IMG/VR virus record: IMGVR_UViG_3300014508_000001
Location: 1 to 44,597 of that record
From: a virus
Lineage: Duplodnaviria > Caudoviricetes
DNA: 44,597 nucleotides
Direction: 5' to 3' (one strand)
In this document: positions 24,506-33,095 of the stretch, piece after piece
Position numbering within the stretch: the first letter of the stretch is position 1
Layout: the number at the start of each line of letters is the position of its first letter
Notes under the pieces: model-generated
Database searches by the model: none
The model's input: the letters and a program-made list of their open reading frames with translations, nothing else
What the model was told of the DNA's origin: nothing
Made by a program: the position numbers and the translations under genes

Positions 24506-24786
24506 TGGATATAAGTGAAATGGATATAACTGACCAGATTATAAAGTCAGTAAACGAAGGCATTGCACAAGCAGGAGCTAACCACCTAGTGGTAGTTATC
24601 TCTCGTGCTCGTCTTCTTAGTTTAGTAAATGACTTAAATGAGTCACTTCGAAGAGAGGCTAATTTAACAGAAGCGTTAAGAGCTCAGACTGTTGATGACT
24701 CTCGTGAAGGGCGTAACCAGATACAGGGCCTAAAGGCTGATGTATTAATTATTGATGATATTGAGGATGATAACTATCATGGCTAA
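24505..24786 (+). CDS. Small protein with a C-terminal terminase Walker B-like motif
   Basis: 93 aa; TAATG coupling; QGLKADVLIIDDIE. Confidence 0.7.
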   Translation: MDISEMDITDQIIKSVNEGIAQAGANHLVVVISRARLLSLVNDLNESLRREANLTEALRAQTVDDSREGRNQIQGLKADVLIIDDIEDDNYHG

Positions 24787-25006
24787 AATTAATAAGAAAT
24801 TATTCAAAGATGTAAGTAAAGTATTAGGCGCTCGTACCGCTAAGCGTAAGCTCTTAACATTGCTTAAGCATAATACGAAATGTCAGTTAAGAGATACTGA
24901 ATCTCTCTTTTGCCTTCATTTAGGTGAAGGTTTACATAAAGGAACTGAGTGGCATTTCTGGTACACTGTAAACGCAAAAATAGAGAACAGAAGTTATCTT
25001 ACTTAA
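24779..25006 (+). CDS. Hypothetical basic protein
   Basis: ATG 24779 after GAGGA. Confidence 0.65.
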   Translation: MAKINKKLFKDVSKVLGARTAKRKLLTLLKHNTKCQLRDTESLFCLHLGEGLHKGTEWHFWYTVNAKIENRSYLT

Positions 25007-25019
25007 ATAGGAAACTATT

Positions 25020-27617
25020 ATGAAATATTATCCAAGTAAATTCCCGAAAGGGGAACGCCCTTCAGGTAAGGGTAGATTTATCTGTCTTGATTCTGAGGCA
25101 ATTGGTTTATTGTTTGCATTACGTAAAGGGGATTCTACATCTAGTCACTGTATAGTAGCTATTGATGCACGTTCTCAAGAAGTATTTGTATTCTTCGACC
25201 CATATGAAGCGCGTGACCCTGACAACCGTGAGATGCTAGAACAAGAAGGCACTCAGCATGGTTACTTGAATGATGGCATTAAGTTTCTTATGGAAGCAGA
25301 GTCATTAATTTGTCAGAACTTTTCTGGCTATGATGCTCTCGCTTTCGAGAAAGTGTTTGGTAAAGAATGGCATTACAATTACATGGAGAAGCGTGGCAAG
25401 AATGCTGACCGTGAATGGTACTATCCTAATAAAGTGATGGATACCTATGTAATGTCATGTGTGTTAAACCCTGAACGTAAAGTGCCTCCACAGGCATACG
25501 CTCTAGGTCGTGGTAATGTTGGCCCTCATTCAATTGAAGCTCATGGTATACGTATCGGAAGATATAAACCTGATAACGAAGATTGGACAAAGCTTACTGA
25601 CCATATGATTCATCGTTGTGAAGAAGATGTGCATATCGGATTAGATATGTATCATTACCTCATGAAAGAATGGGAAGAGCAAAGTGCTAAACCGAATCCA
25701 CGGACAAAGCTAGGCATAGGAACAGCTTACCGTTGTGAATTACAGACAGCATTCGCAGTAGCTCGACAAGCCCAAAGAGGTTTTAGAATCCATACTCAAA
25801 GAGCACTAGAACGTGTAGAGATATTGGACAATGAAATAATTACAACACGAGAAGGCTTTGAACCTCATATGCCGTTACGGTTATTGAAGAAGAAGCTAAC
25901 TCAACCTGTTAATGGTATTACTCATGGTAGCTCTTTAGAAGTTACTAAAGGCATTACTAAGAAATTAACTGCCAAAGCATGGCGAGCTTATCTTGAAGCA
26001 TTTTGTGAAAGAGATGCTGATAGTTTCCTAGCTCGTTTTGGACAAGAAGCCGTTAATATGATGTTCTCTATAGAAGAAGGGAATAAGGTTACTCAGAAAG
26101 CTTTACAGGAGCTTATACCAATACAGCAATGTAATGATGTAGGTGAGTATACAGCTGGAGTTACTAAGCACTATCCTGAAGTCCGTGGTTTTATCCATGA
26201 CTATGATAGCCCTATGGTAATGGGTGACTTTACTCCTATCCGATATGAAGAAATCCCATTAGGTAATCGTGATTCTGTTAAGCAGGTATTATTTGATTAT
26301 GGATGGCTTGGTGTTACCTATAACAAGGCTGAACAGAAGCTCATTGATGATGGTCAAGAGTGTGACCTTAAGCCTTGGGCTGGTAAGATAGATGAAGCGT
26401 CTATTGATGCTTGGATTGCTCGTGATGGTGATGCTGTTCCTGAATGGTGTAAAGGTATTGCCCGTTGGTATATTCTTACATCTAGAAGAACTCAGATACT
26501 TAATCCGAAAGATGTAGTCTACTTCCAAGAGAATGGAAGATGGCCTAAGCAACAGAATGGTAAACGTCAATGTCGTGGCCTTATAGCAAGAACACGTAAT
26601 GATGATTATTGTATGGAAGCTCAGGATTACTATGAGCAGTATGATAAATGGCCTACTGATATGACTGAGGAATGGAGAGCACCAGCTGAAGCATTTGCTT
26701 GTGCAACTAACACTTTCCGTATGCGTCATAAAGTTGTTGTTAATATACCATCTCGTGGTCTATTCCCTTTACGTGATTTATTCATAGCAGGTATTGGTAA
26801 GAAGATACTAGGTTGTGATGGCTCAGGTCTTGAATTACGTATGCTTGCTCACTTCCTTAATGATGCTATCTATCAAGAGGTTGTATTAAGTGGTGATATA
26901 CATACATATAATCAAGAACTTGCTGGCTTACCTTTACGTGATATGGCTAAGACATTCATCTATGCTTTCTTATATGGTTCGGGTGTAACTAACCTAGCTA
27001 AAGTATGTGGTATGAGTACTGCTAAGATGTCAGGTAATATTGAGCGCTTCAAGCGTGAGTTACCAGCATTAGCAAAACTGATAGAACGTATACAAGCTTC
27101 AGGTGAAAAGGCTGGATACTTACTAGCGGCTGATGGTCGTTGGGGTAGAATCCGTAGCTCTAATGGCAAGATGCTAGTTCATACAATGCTTAATGTATTA
27201 CTTCAAATGACTGGCTCTATTAGTATGAAATATGGTTTGTGTTTCGCTGAGAGAGTTATGATATCTGAAGGCGTTGGCCTTGATGAAGATGGTTATGTTG
27301 CATGGGTAGCTAACGTGCATGATGAAGTTCAAATGGAAGTACCTGAAGATGAGGTAGAGTATGTTGAATACCGTATCGAAAAGGACAAATGGAAAGTCGA
27401 AGAGAAAGCTGAGTACTTTAAAGAAGGCAAGATGTTTTCTGCTCCTACGAAGATTGGAGTCTGTGAAGGAGATGGAACAGTTATCATCCAACGCAGTTAC
27501 CACAGAGCAGGTCAGATTATAAATGAAGCTTTTGTAAAAGGTGGTGAATTCCTCAAGTTACGTTGTCCATTGGCTGGAGAATATAAGATTGGTGATTCAT
27601 GGCACGATACACATTAG
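25020..27617 (+). CDS. Family A DNA polymerase with 3'-5' exonuclease
   Basis: LDSE, QNFSGYD, DGSGLELR, R..AKTFIYAFLYG, VHDEVQ, GDSWHDTH. Confidence 0.97.
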   Translation: MKYYPSKFPKGERPSGKGRFICLDSEAIGLLFALRKGDSTSSHCIVAIDARSQEVFVFFDPYEARDPDNREMLEQEGTQHGYLNDGIKFLMEAESLICQNFSGYDALAFEKVFGKEWHYNYMEKRGKNADREWYYPNKVMDTYVMSCVLNPERKVPPQAYALGRGNVGPHSIEAHGIRIGRYKPDNEDWTKLTDHMIHRCEEDVHIGLDMYHYLMKEWEEQSAKPNPRTKLGIGTAYRCELQTAFAVARQAQRGFRIHTQRALERVEILDNEIITTREGFEPHMPLRLLKKKLTQPVNGITHGSSLEVTKGITKKLTAKAWRAYLEAFCERDADSFLARFGQEAVNMMFSIEEGNKVTQKALQELIPIQQCNDVGEYTAGVTKHYPEVRGFIHDYDSPMVMGDFTPIRYEEIPLGNRDSVKQVLFDYGWLGVTYNKAEQKLIDDGQECDLKPWAGKIDEASIDAWIARDGDAVPEWCKGIARWYILTSRRTQILNPKDVVYFQENGRWPKQQNGKRQCRGLIARTRNDDYCMEAQDYYEQYDKWPTDMTEEWRAPAEAFACATNTFRMRHKVVVNIPSRGLFPLRDLFIAGIGKKILGCDGSGLELRMLAHFLNDAIYQEVVLSGDIHTYNQELAGLPLRDMAKTFIYAFLYGSGVTNLAKVCGMSTAKMSGNIERFKRELPALAKLIERIQASGEKAGYLLAADGRWGRIRSSNGKMLVHTMLNVLLQMTGSISMKYGLCFAERVMISEGVGLDEDGYVAWVANVHDEVQMEVPEDEVEYVEYRIEKDKWKVEEKAEYFKEGKMFSAPTKIGVCEGDGTVIIQRSYHRAGQIINEAFVKGGEFLKLRCPLAGEYKIGDSWHDTH

Positions 27618-27740
27618 AAAAGGCGAGAGCATGGAGGCACTGGAAACAGTGCTTTTGTACTGCCTCTGAACTCAGTTTACTTTATAAGATTTCTATGCCC
27701 ACTGCATACGCATGGATTAGAAGTTGGAGAGCAATCAATT

Positions 27741-27763
27741 AATTAGGTTGCAGTATAGATATA
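27741..27763 (+). promoter_or_regulatory. Phage RNAP promoter (+1 G at 27758)
   Basis: AATTAGGTTGCAGTATA-GATATA. Confidence 0.85.
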
Positions 27764-27791
27764 ATAACCCGCACAATTTGGAGATTCAAAA

Positions 27792-28061
27792 ATGAATTTA
27801 GTAAAACTATTAGGATTAGCAAATCGCTGTGTCCGTAAATTAATAAAGTTCGAAACAGTACGCCTTGCAAATAAATACAATAAGATAGGTGATAATGTAC
27901 TTGCTTCGTACCATAAAGAAGAAGACGCAAAAGAGAGAGCACAAGAGCTTGCTAATAAGCTGAAAGCTCATGCCGCTTCAACTCGTAGTAAGTCTGTTGC
28001 TAAAGCTCGTACTGAAAGTACAAAGACTTTTGATGCAATTACCATCCTCAACTCTCTTTAA
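27792..28061 (+). CDS. Hypothetical coiled-coil protein
   Basis: 89 aa; GGAG RBS after the promoter. Confidence 0.75.
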   Translation: MNLVKLLGLANRCVRKLIKFETVRLANKYNKIGDNVLASYHKEEDAKERAQELANKLKAHAASTRSKSVAKARTESTKTFDAITILNSL

Positions 28062-28072
28062 GGAGATAATAT

Positions 28073-28822
28073 ATGTCTGATTTTGATTACGGTGCAGAAC
28101 CAGTTGCTTCAGCTGGCGGTAAATTTAAGAACCCTACAGTCGGTAAACATGCCGCTCGTATCCGTTCTATTATACATCTTGGTATATGTATTGAATACTT
28201 TGATAAGAAAGCTAAACCAGCCGCTCCTGAAGTGGTAGTAGTTTTCGAACTTAAAGAAGATGGCGACTTTGCTGATGATGGTGAGACTCCATTAGAGATT
28301 AGTAAAGCGTTCCCATTACGTAAAGGTGATAAAGCCTTTATGACTAAGTTCCTTAAAGCTGTTGACCCTGATGGGACTTCTAGCGGCTTTGATGACTTCA
28401 TAGGTAAAGTTGTTGAAGTTGAGCTTAAAGGTAGTAAAGAATTAGATGATGATAAGAAGCCTAAGTATGTTAACTTTGCTGGCATCTCTTCATTACATCC
28501 TAAACTTGTAGCTATCACTGATGAGCTTTCTGTAGCAGGTGTTGGTCATTGTAAATTCGTTGACCTTACTGAAGCAGCAGTTAAAGAACTTAACCCTATT
28601 ATGGAAGTAGCTAATCTTATGATGGCTGGTCCTACATATGCTGGTTCTAAAGCAGAGTCAATTGTCAATGCTATCCGTGTTGATAACCCTGAGTTTGCTA
28701 AAGCTAAAGCTAAAACAGACAGCAAGCCTAGTGGCAGTACTGAAGGTACTAACTCTGAACCTGAAGAGCCTCGTGAGCCAGCTGAAAAGCCAGCAGAACT
28801 CGAAGCTGATGAAGAATTTTAA
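28073..28822 (+). CDS. Probable ssDNA-binding protein (SP6-like conserved gene)
   Basis: OB-fold-like N-terminal half; acidic tail ending EADEEF; position and strong RBS. Confidence 0.65.
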   Translation: MSDFDYGAEPVASAGGKFKNPTVGKHAARIRSIIHLGICIEYFDKKAKPAAPEVVVVFELKEDGDFADDGETPLEISKAFPLRKGDKAFMTKFLKAVDPDGTSSGFDDFIGKVVEVELKGSKELDDDKKPKYVNFAGISSLHPKLVAITDELSVAGVGHCKFVDLTEAAVKELNPIMEVANLMMAGPTYAGSKAESIVNAIRVDNPEFAKAKAKTDSKPSGSTEGTNSEPEEPREPAEKPAELEADEEF

Positions 28823-28832
28823 GTAGTATCCT

Positions 28833-28864
28833 AGCCCTGACCTAAATGGTTGGGGCTTTATTTT
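28833..28864 (+). terminator. Intrinsic terminator
   Basis: AGCCCTGACC-TAAAT-GGTTGGGGCT-TTATTTT. Confidence 0.75.
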
Positions 28865-28879
28865 GTAAGGAGAACTAAC

Positions 28880-30082
28880 ATGGCATTCGACTACGGTGCA
28901 GAAGTTGCAGAAAAAGTTAATACTTTTAAGAAATGGCCCAAAGATGGTGATATGTGTTGTCTATTAGATGGCGATATGTTGCCTTATATTGTTGGCTATT
29001 CTACAGATGAACTAAGAGCAATGCGAGCAATCAAGATGGCACAGTTTCTTTATGGTAAAGAGCCTGACCCTGATGATTGGGCTTGGATTGAATGTCTGTT
29101 AAAACAACCTTATTTTGAAGACAAGATAGACCATCTTAATTTTGAATTAAATAGATGGGTTACAGAATCTAAAGCTGACTCAGCTAAGATTTATTTAACA
29201 AGCTCAGCTGATAACTTCCGTATTGATATAGCATTCAGTCGTAAGTATAAAGGTGAGCGTAAGAAAGGTAAGCCTCCTTTCTTTAAAGAATTCAGGACTT
29301 ACTTATTAGTAAAGCATGAAGCTATCCTCGCCATAGGTGAAGAGGCTGATGACCTTATGTGTATTGAACAAGAGTATCAGAATAGATTACTAGAAGCTCA
29401 AGGTGTTGAGATTGGTAGCCATACTCACAAAGACTTTGCAAATACTATTATATCTACTAAGGATAAGGATTTAAGAATTAGAGCAGGATTACATCATTGC
29501 CCTACATCTAGAGAAATATTCTTCGTAACTACATTAGGTTCTTTAGAGCCTGTGTGGAAAGATAAGCAGTCTGTTAAGTTTGAGCACTGGCCTACTGTAA
29601 AAGGCGTTGCAGTTAATCCTGATATTAACAAAGGTCCTTATGATGCTTTCAAGCGTGGTGCTAAGAAAGGCGTTGTCAAAACTAAACGTGTCAAAGTAGG
29701 ATATGAGACAACTCAGTATATAGATAAGCTAAAAGGTGGAGGACTTAAGTTCTTTTACTCACAACTTATCGTAGGTGATGTTGTAGATAATTATTCAGGT
29801 ATTGAAGGTTGTGGTAAAGAGATAGCGTATGAACTCCTTAATGGGTGCTCAAGTGAACGTGAACTCTTCGAGACTACATTGGCCCTATACAGAAGTAAGT
29901 ATAGTCCTGATAACTCTCCTATTTGGCGTGAGAACTATAGAGGCGGTAAGGCTCTAATAACACCATATCAATTAATGCTAGAACAAGGGCGATTAGCTTG
30001 GATGCAAACATCCGTAGGTGAACTATGGCGAGATAAGCATTTCTGTCCTAGTGGAGTAGATGAAATATGGAAGAAAGAATAA
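28880..30082 (+). CDS. 5'-3' exonuclease (T7 gp6 / FEN-like)
   Basis: LDGD, YKGER, EADD, DKDL, GDVVDNYSGI.G.G; ATG 28880 after AAGGAG. Confidence 0.92.
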   Translation: MAFDYGAEVAEKVNTFKKWPKDGDMCCLLDGDMLPYIVGYSTDELRAMRAIKMAQFLYGKEPDPDDWAWIECLLKQPYFEDKIDHLNFELNRWVTESKADSAKIYLTSSADNFRIDIAFSRKYKGERKKGKPPFFKEFRTYLLVKHEAILAIGEEADDLMCIEQEYQNRLLEAQGVEIGSHTHKDFANTIISTKDKDLRIRAGLHHCPTSREIFFVTTLGSLEPVWKDKQSVKFEHWPTVKGVAVNPDINKGPYDAFKRGAKKGVVKTKRVKVGYETTQYIDKLKGGGLKFFYSQLIVGDVVDNYSGIEGCGKEIAYELLNGCSSERELFETTLALYRSKYSPDNSPIWRENYRGGKALITPYQLMLEQGRLAWMQTSVGELWRDKHFCPSGVDEIWKKE

Positions 30083-30498
30083 AAGCAAAAGACCTACCTA
30101 ATATCAAGAAGATATTAATAGCTAGGCAGAATGGGCGCTGTCCTTTATGTGAGAATGACTTACGTAGAATCAAGCCCATTAATGTAGTAGTTGACCACTG
30201 CCATGAGACAGGCCGTATACGAGCCGCTCTCTGCCGTGGTTGCAATGGTGCTGAAGGTAAGATAAAGAACTTAGCTATCAAGTTTGGTAAGACTAAAGAC
30301 TATGTTTTATTCTGTCAGCGATTAATTAAATATTGGTTATATCATCGTCTAAATAAATCCGAATGGATACATCATACTTACAAGACACAAGCGGAAGACC
30401 GAGAATCTCGAAACAAGAAAGCTCGTACTGCTTATGCTAAGAAGAAAGATGAACTAGCACGAAGACAAGCCTCACTCTTAAAACGGAGAGCTAAATAA
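30067..30498 (+). CDS. Endonuclease VII-type Holliday junction resolvase
   Basis: CPLC...VDHCHETG.IR..LC..CN..EG. Confidence 0.92.
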   Translation: MEERIKAKDLPNIKKILIARQNGRCPLCENDLRRIKPINVVVDHCHETGRIRAALCRGCNGAEGKIKNLAIKFGKTKDYVLFCQRLIKYWLYHRLNKSEWIHHTYKTQAEDRESRNKKARTAYAKKKDELARRQASLLKRRAK

Positions 30499-31506
30499 AT
30501 GGCAAAAGGTAAACTACGTAAACTCTTTACTAATGATGATGTATCTGAGGCCCTACGTGCTTCAAAAGGTAACATCAAGGAAGCGGCTTCAATCCTAACA
30601 GGATTTGGTCGTGGTGCAGTTTCTAATCAGCTTATGGGCTATTGGAAGAAGCATATTAATACAACTAATAGTAAGGGCCAACCCTTTGCAGGTACAGGCC
30701 AGATTGATAAAATTATTAGTTCTAACATGGAACTTCGTTCTCCTTCAAGAAATGATGATGATGCTCAAGGTAGATTTACAGATATCGTAGAAGATAATTC
30801 TCGTATCTTAATAATCCCTGACCAACATGCGCCTTATCATCATCCTGATGCAATACAATTTCTAATAGCGGTTGCTGCTAAGTATCAGCCAACTCGTGTC
30901 TTAAACTTAGGTGATGAGACAGACCAACATGCTTTATCTATGCACGATTCTGACCCGAATTTAGATAGTGCTGGTGCTGAATTACATAATGCTCGTATCT
31001 TTATTAATGACCTTGCTAAGGTGTTTCCTAAGATGGATATATGTCATTCAAATCATGGTAGTTTAATTTATCGAAGAGCTTTTAAATCTGGTATCCCTCT
31101 TGAATACATCAAGTCATATAGAGAAATTCTATTTCCTGATGGCGGTGGTGATGGCTGGAACTGGAAAGATAAACATCGTATAGTTTTACCTAATGGTGAA
31201 GATGTTATATTTCAACATCAATCAGCTGGTGATACTTTAAATAATGCAGCACATGAAAGAGCTAGTATTGTTGAAGGTCATGAGCATGGTAAGTTTGAAA
31301 TTCAATATCGTTCATCTACTAACGCATTATACTGGTCTATCATTAGTGGTTGTTTAATTGACCCTAAAGCATTAGCATTTGCATATGGTAAGCTGTTCCC
31401 TAAGAAGCCTATTATAGGTTGTTCTTTAATCATTGATTCAATACCTCGCTTAGTTCCTATGGAGCAAGATAAGCATGGACGTTGGACAGGAATATTAAGA
31501 GGTTAA
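30499..31506 (+). CDS. Calcineurin-like metallophosphoesterase with N-terminal HTH-like segment
   Basis: PDQH, LGDETD, SNHG, QH, GHEH. Confidence 0.88.
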   Translation: MAKGKLRKLFTNDDVSEALRASKGNIKEAASILTGFGRGAVSNQLMGYWKKHINTTNSKGQPFAGTGQIDKIISSNMELRSPSRNDDDAQGRFTDIVEDNSRILIIPDQHAPYHHPDAIQFLIAVAAKYQPTRVLNLGDETDQHALSMHDSDPNLDSAGAELHNARIFINDLAKVFPKMDICHSNHGSLIYRRAFKSGIPLEYIKSYREILFPDGGGDGWNWKDKHRIVLPNGEDVIFQHQSAGDTLNNAAHERASIVEGHEHGKFEIQYRSSTNALYWSIISGCLIDPKALAFAYGKLFPKKPIIGCSLIIDSIPRLVPMEQDKHGRWTGILRG

Positions 31507-31508
31507 GT

Positions 31509-31940
31509 ATGTCTGATTACGATGGACAAAGAGAGCGTTACTGTGACGACTGCAATACATTCAATAACTTCAAAGCCGCTGCTACTGTTGGTAAAATAAC
31601 AAGTTGCTATTGTGGTACTGAATTTGTTGCTATGGATAAAGAATTTGGTCTTAAAGGCCCTTCAGATGGAGCGGCTATTCGTGGTCCTTCAGGTCCTTCT
31701 AACTCCAATGGAGGTTCTGCTAATTACTATAAGCTTAAGGTTAATGGTAACGATGTAGAGACTCAGGACATTATCGAGCAAGTGTTTGGTAATGACTTTG
31801 ACTTTGGCAACAACTTCAAAGCAATGGTCCGACTATGGGGCTTACTTAACGGTGGTGGCAAAGCTGGCACATCTTTAGAGTATGATTTGAATAAAATTAT
31901 TTATACTTGTGAGAAGCTTAAGAAGCGTCATTGTGGATAA
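31509..31940 (+). CDS. DUF3310-like protein with N-terminal Cys cluster
   Basis: CDDC...CYC; GGSANYY...DIIE...F.FGN.FKA..R...GK......DLNKI. Confidence 0.65.
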   Translation: MSDYDGQRERYCDDCNTFNNFKAAATVGKITSCYCGTEFVAMDKEFGLKGPSDGAAIRGPSGPSNSNGGSANYYKLKVNGNDVETQDIIEQVFGNDFDFGNNFKAMVRLWGLLNGGGKAGTSLEYDLNKIIYTCEKLKKRHCG

Positions 31941-32061
31941 GAACATTGAATGGCTGAAGGCTATGATAAAAGAGGCCAGTAATAATGCTGACCTCAAATC
32001 ATTTGAAGCCTATACAGAACTCCTAGAACACTGGGAGAATTTAGATACAAAATCTCTATAG
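31933..32061 (+). CDS. 42-aa hypothetical protein
   Basis: GTG start overlapping the previous stop; DKNIEWLKAMI...LLEHWE. Confidence 0.5.
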   Translation: MDKNIEWLKAMIKEASNNADLKSFEAYTELLEHWENLDTKSL

Positions 32062-32076
32062 TTAACATCTACTTAT

Positions 32077-32099
32077 TATTAGGTTGTTCTATAGATACA
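32077..32099 (+). promoter_or_regulatory. Phage RNAP promoter (+1 G at 32094)
   Basis: TATTAGGTTGTTCTATA-GATACA. Confidence 0.8.
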
Positions 32100-32118
32100 A
32101 ATTGACAGGAGACATGAT

Positions 32119-32301
32119 ATGTCAACTCAAGAAGAACAAGAACAAACTATGCGTAGAGTAGATTTAACTCAGCAAATTACTAACCGTTTAATACATGGTT
32201 TTCCTATAGCCATTGAAGATATCAGAGAGGCCGAAGAACTTGGCATAGATGTCGAACTTATCACCATTACTGTTGGTGAATGTTATGAAACTCAAGAGTA
32301 A
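32119..32301 (+). CDS. Hypothetical protein
   Basis: AGGAG RBS after the late promoter. Confidence 0.7.
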   Translation: MSTQEEQEQTMRRVDLTQQITNRLIHGFPIAIEDIREAEELGIDVELITITVGECYETQE

Positions 32302-32458
32302 TAAAGTCCACATCCCTGATGATGTATTTGAACTATTCATGCAACTTACGAGAGTTGAGCCAGCAGGTATAAATGCTACTCTAAATACTCTAGTTTGGAA
32401 CGAATGTCTTAGAGATATTCGTGACAAAGTAACATTGCATAAGGAAAGGCAATCATGA
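32285..32458 (+). CDS. Hypothetical protein
   Basis: ATG 32285; ATGA coupling to the GNAT gene. Confidence 0.6.
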   Translation: MKLKSNKVHIPDDVFELFMQLTRVEPAGINATLNTLVWNECLRDIRDKVTLHKERQS

Positions 32459-32904
32459 TTAGAAAAATGTGTGAGCTAGATATTCCTCAAATTGCCCTTA
32501 TGGGCCTTGCGTATTCTAAAGAAACAGATACTCATGATAGTTTTGATTATGATTTAGATACAGTTATGTTACAGTTATCTCTAGCTGTAGTTGACCCTAA
32601 TGCACAGATACTTGTTGCCATCAAGGACAATACAGTCATAGGGTTTATATGGGGCGTTATAACGCACTTACCTTGGTCTACTGAGGTGATTGCATTAGAT
32701 AACATCTTGTACATAGTACCATGCTGTAGAGGAGAGATTCACGGAATTCGTTTAATCCGAGCCTATGAAAGTTGGGCTGAAAGTAAGAACGCAACTCAAG
32801 TATCCATTAGTATCGCTTCAGGTATAACCGAGGACCGTACTTGTAATATTTACAAGCGTCTTGGATACTCCTATATAGGTTCTCAATATCGTAAGGATAT
32901 ATAA
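32455..32904 (+). CDS. GNAT acetyltransferase (conserved in SP6-like phages)
   Basis: LYIVP.CRG..HG.RLI..Y..WA, YKRLGY. Confidence 0.85.
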   Translation: MIRKMCELDIPQIALMGLAYSKETDTHDSFDYDLDTVMLQLSLAVVDPNAQILVAIKDNTVIGFIWGVITHLPWSTEVIALDNILYIVPCCRGEIHGIRLIRAYESWAESKNATQVSISIASGITEDRTCNIYKRLGYSYIGSQYRKDI

Positions 32905-32905
32905 T

Positions 32906-33085
32906 ATGTCGTTAAGTGCTCCGAAAGTAGCCGCTCCGATTGTACCAGCAAAACGAGTAGAACGTACCGAATCAGCCGCTCCAGAAGATGTTATTCTAGG
33001 TGGTGCTGATGAATTAGAATCTGATGTTACAGACAAGAAAGGCAAGAGAAGCTTATCTCGTCCTACTTCAGGTTTAGCTGTTTAG
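32906..33085 (+). CDS. Virion/tail assembly protein (T7 gp7.3-like)
   Basis: 59 aa MSLSAPKV...KKGKRSLSRPTSGLAV directly before the portal; not in the ORF track. Confidence 0.75.
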   Translation: MSLSAPKVAAPIVPAKRVERTESAAPEDVILGGADELESDVTDKKGKRSLSRPTSGLAV

Positions 33086-33095
33086 GGGGTAGATT

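Noticed and set aside
25860-26250. Intein or intron in the DNA polymerase
   Set aside because: The frame is continuous with no intein terminal or homing endonuclease motifs; more likely a lineage-specific thumb insertion
27618-27740. tRNA or other known ncRNA after the polymerase
   Set aside because: Only a short GCACTG-GAAA-CAGTGC hairpin; no cloverleaf or T-loop consensus
31647-31700. GLKGPS...RGPSGPS as a collagen decoy motif
   Set aside because: Only a few interrupted triplets in a linker, too weak to separate from chance
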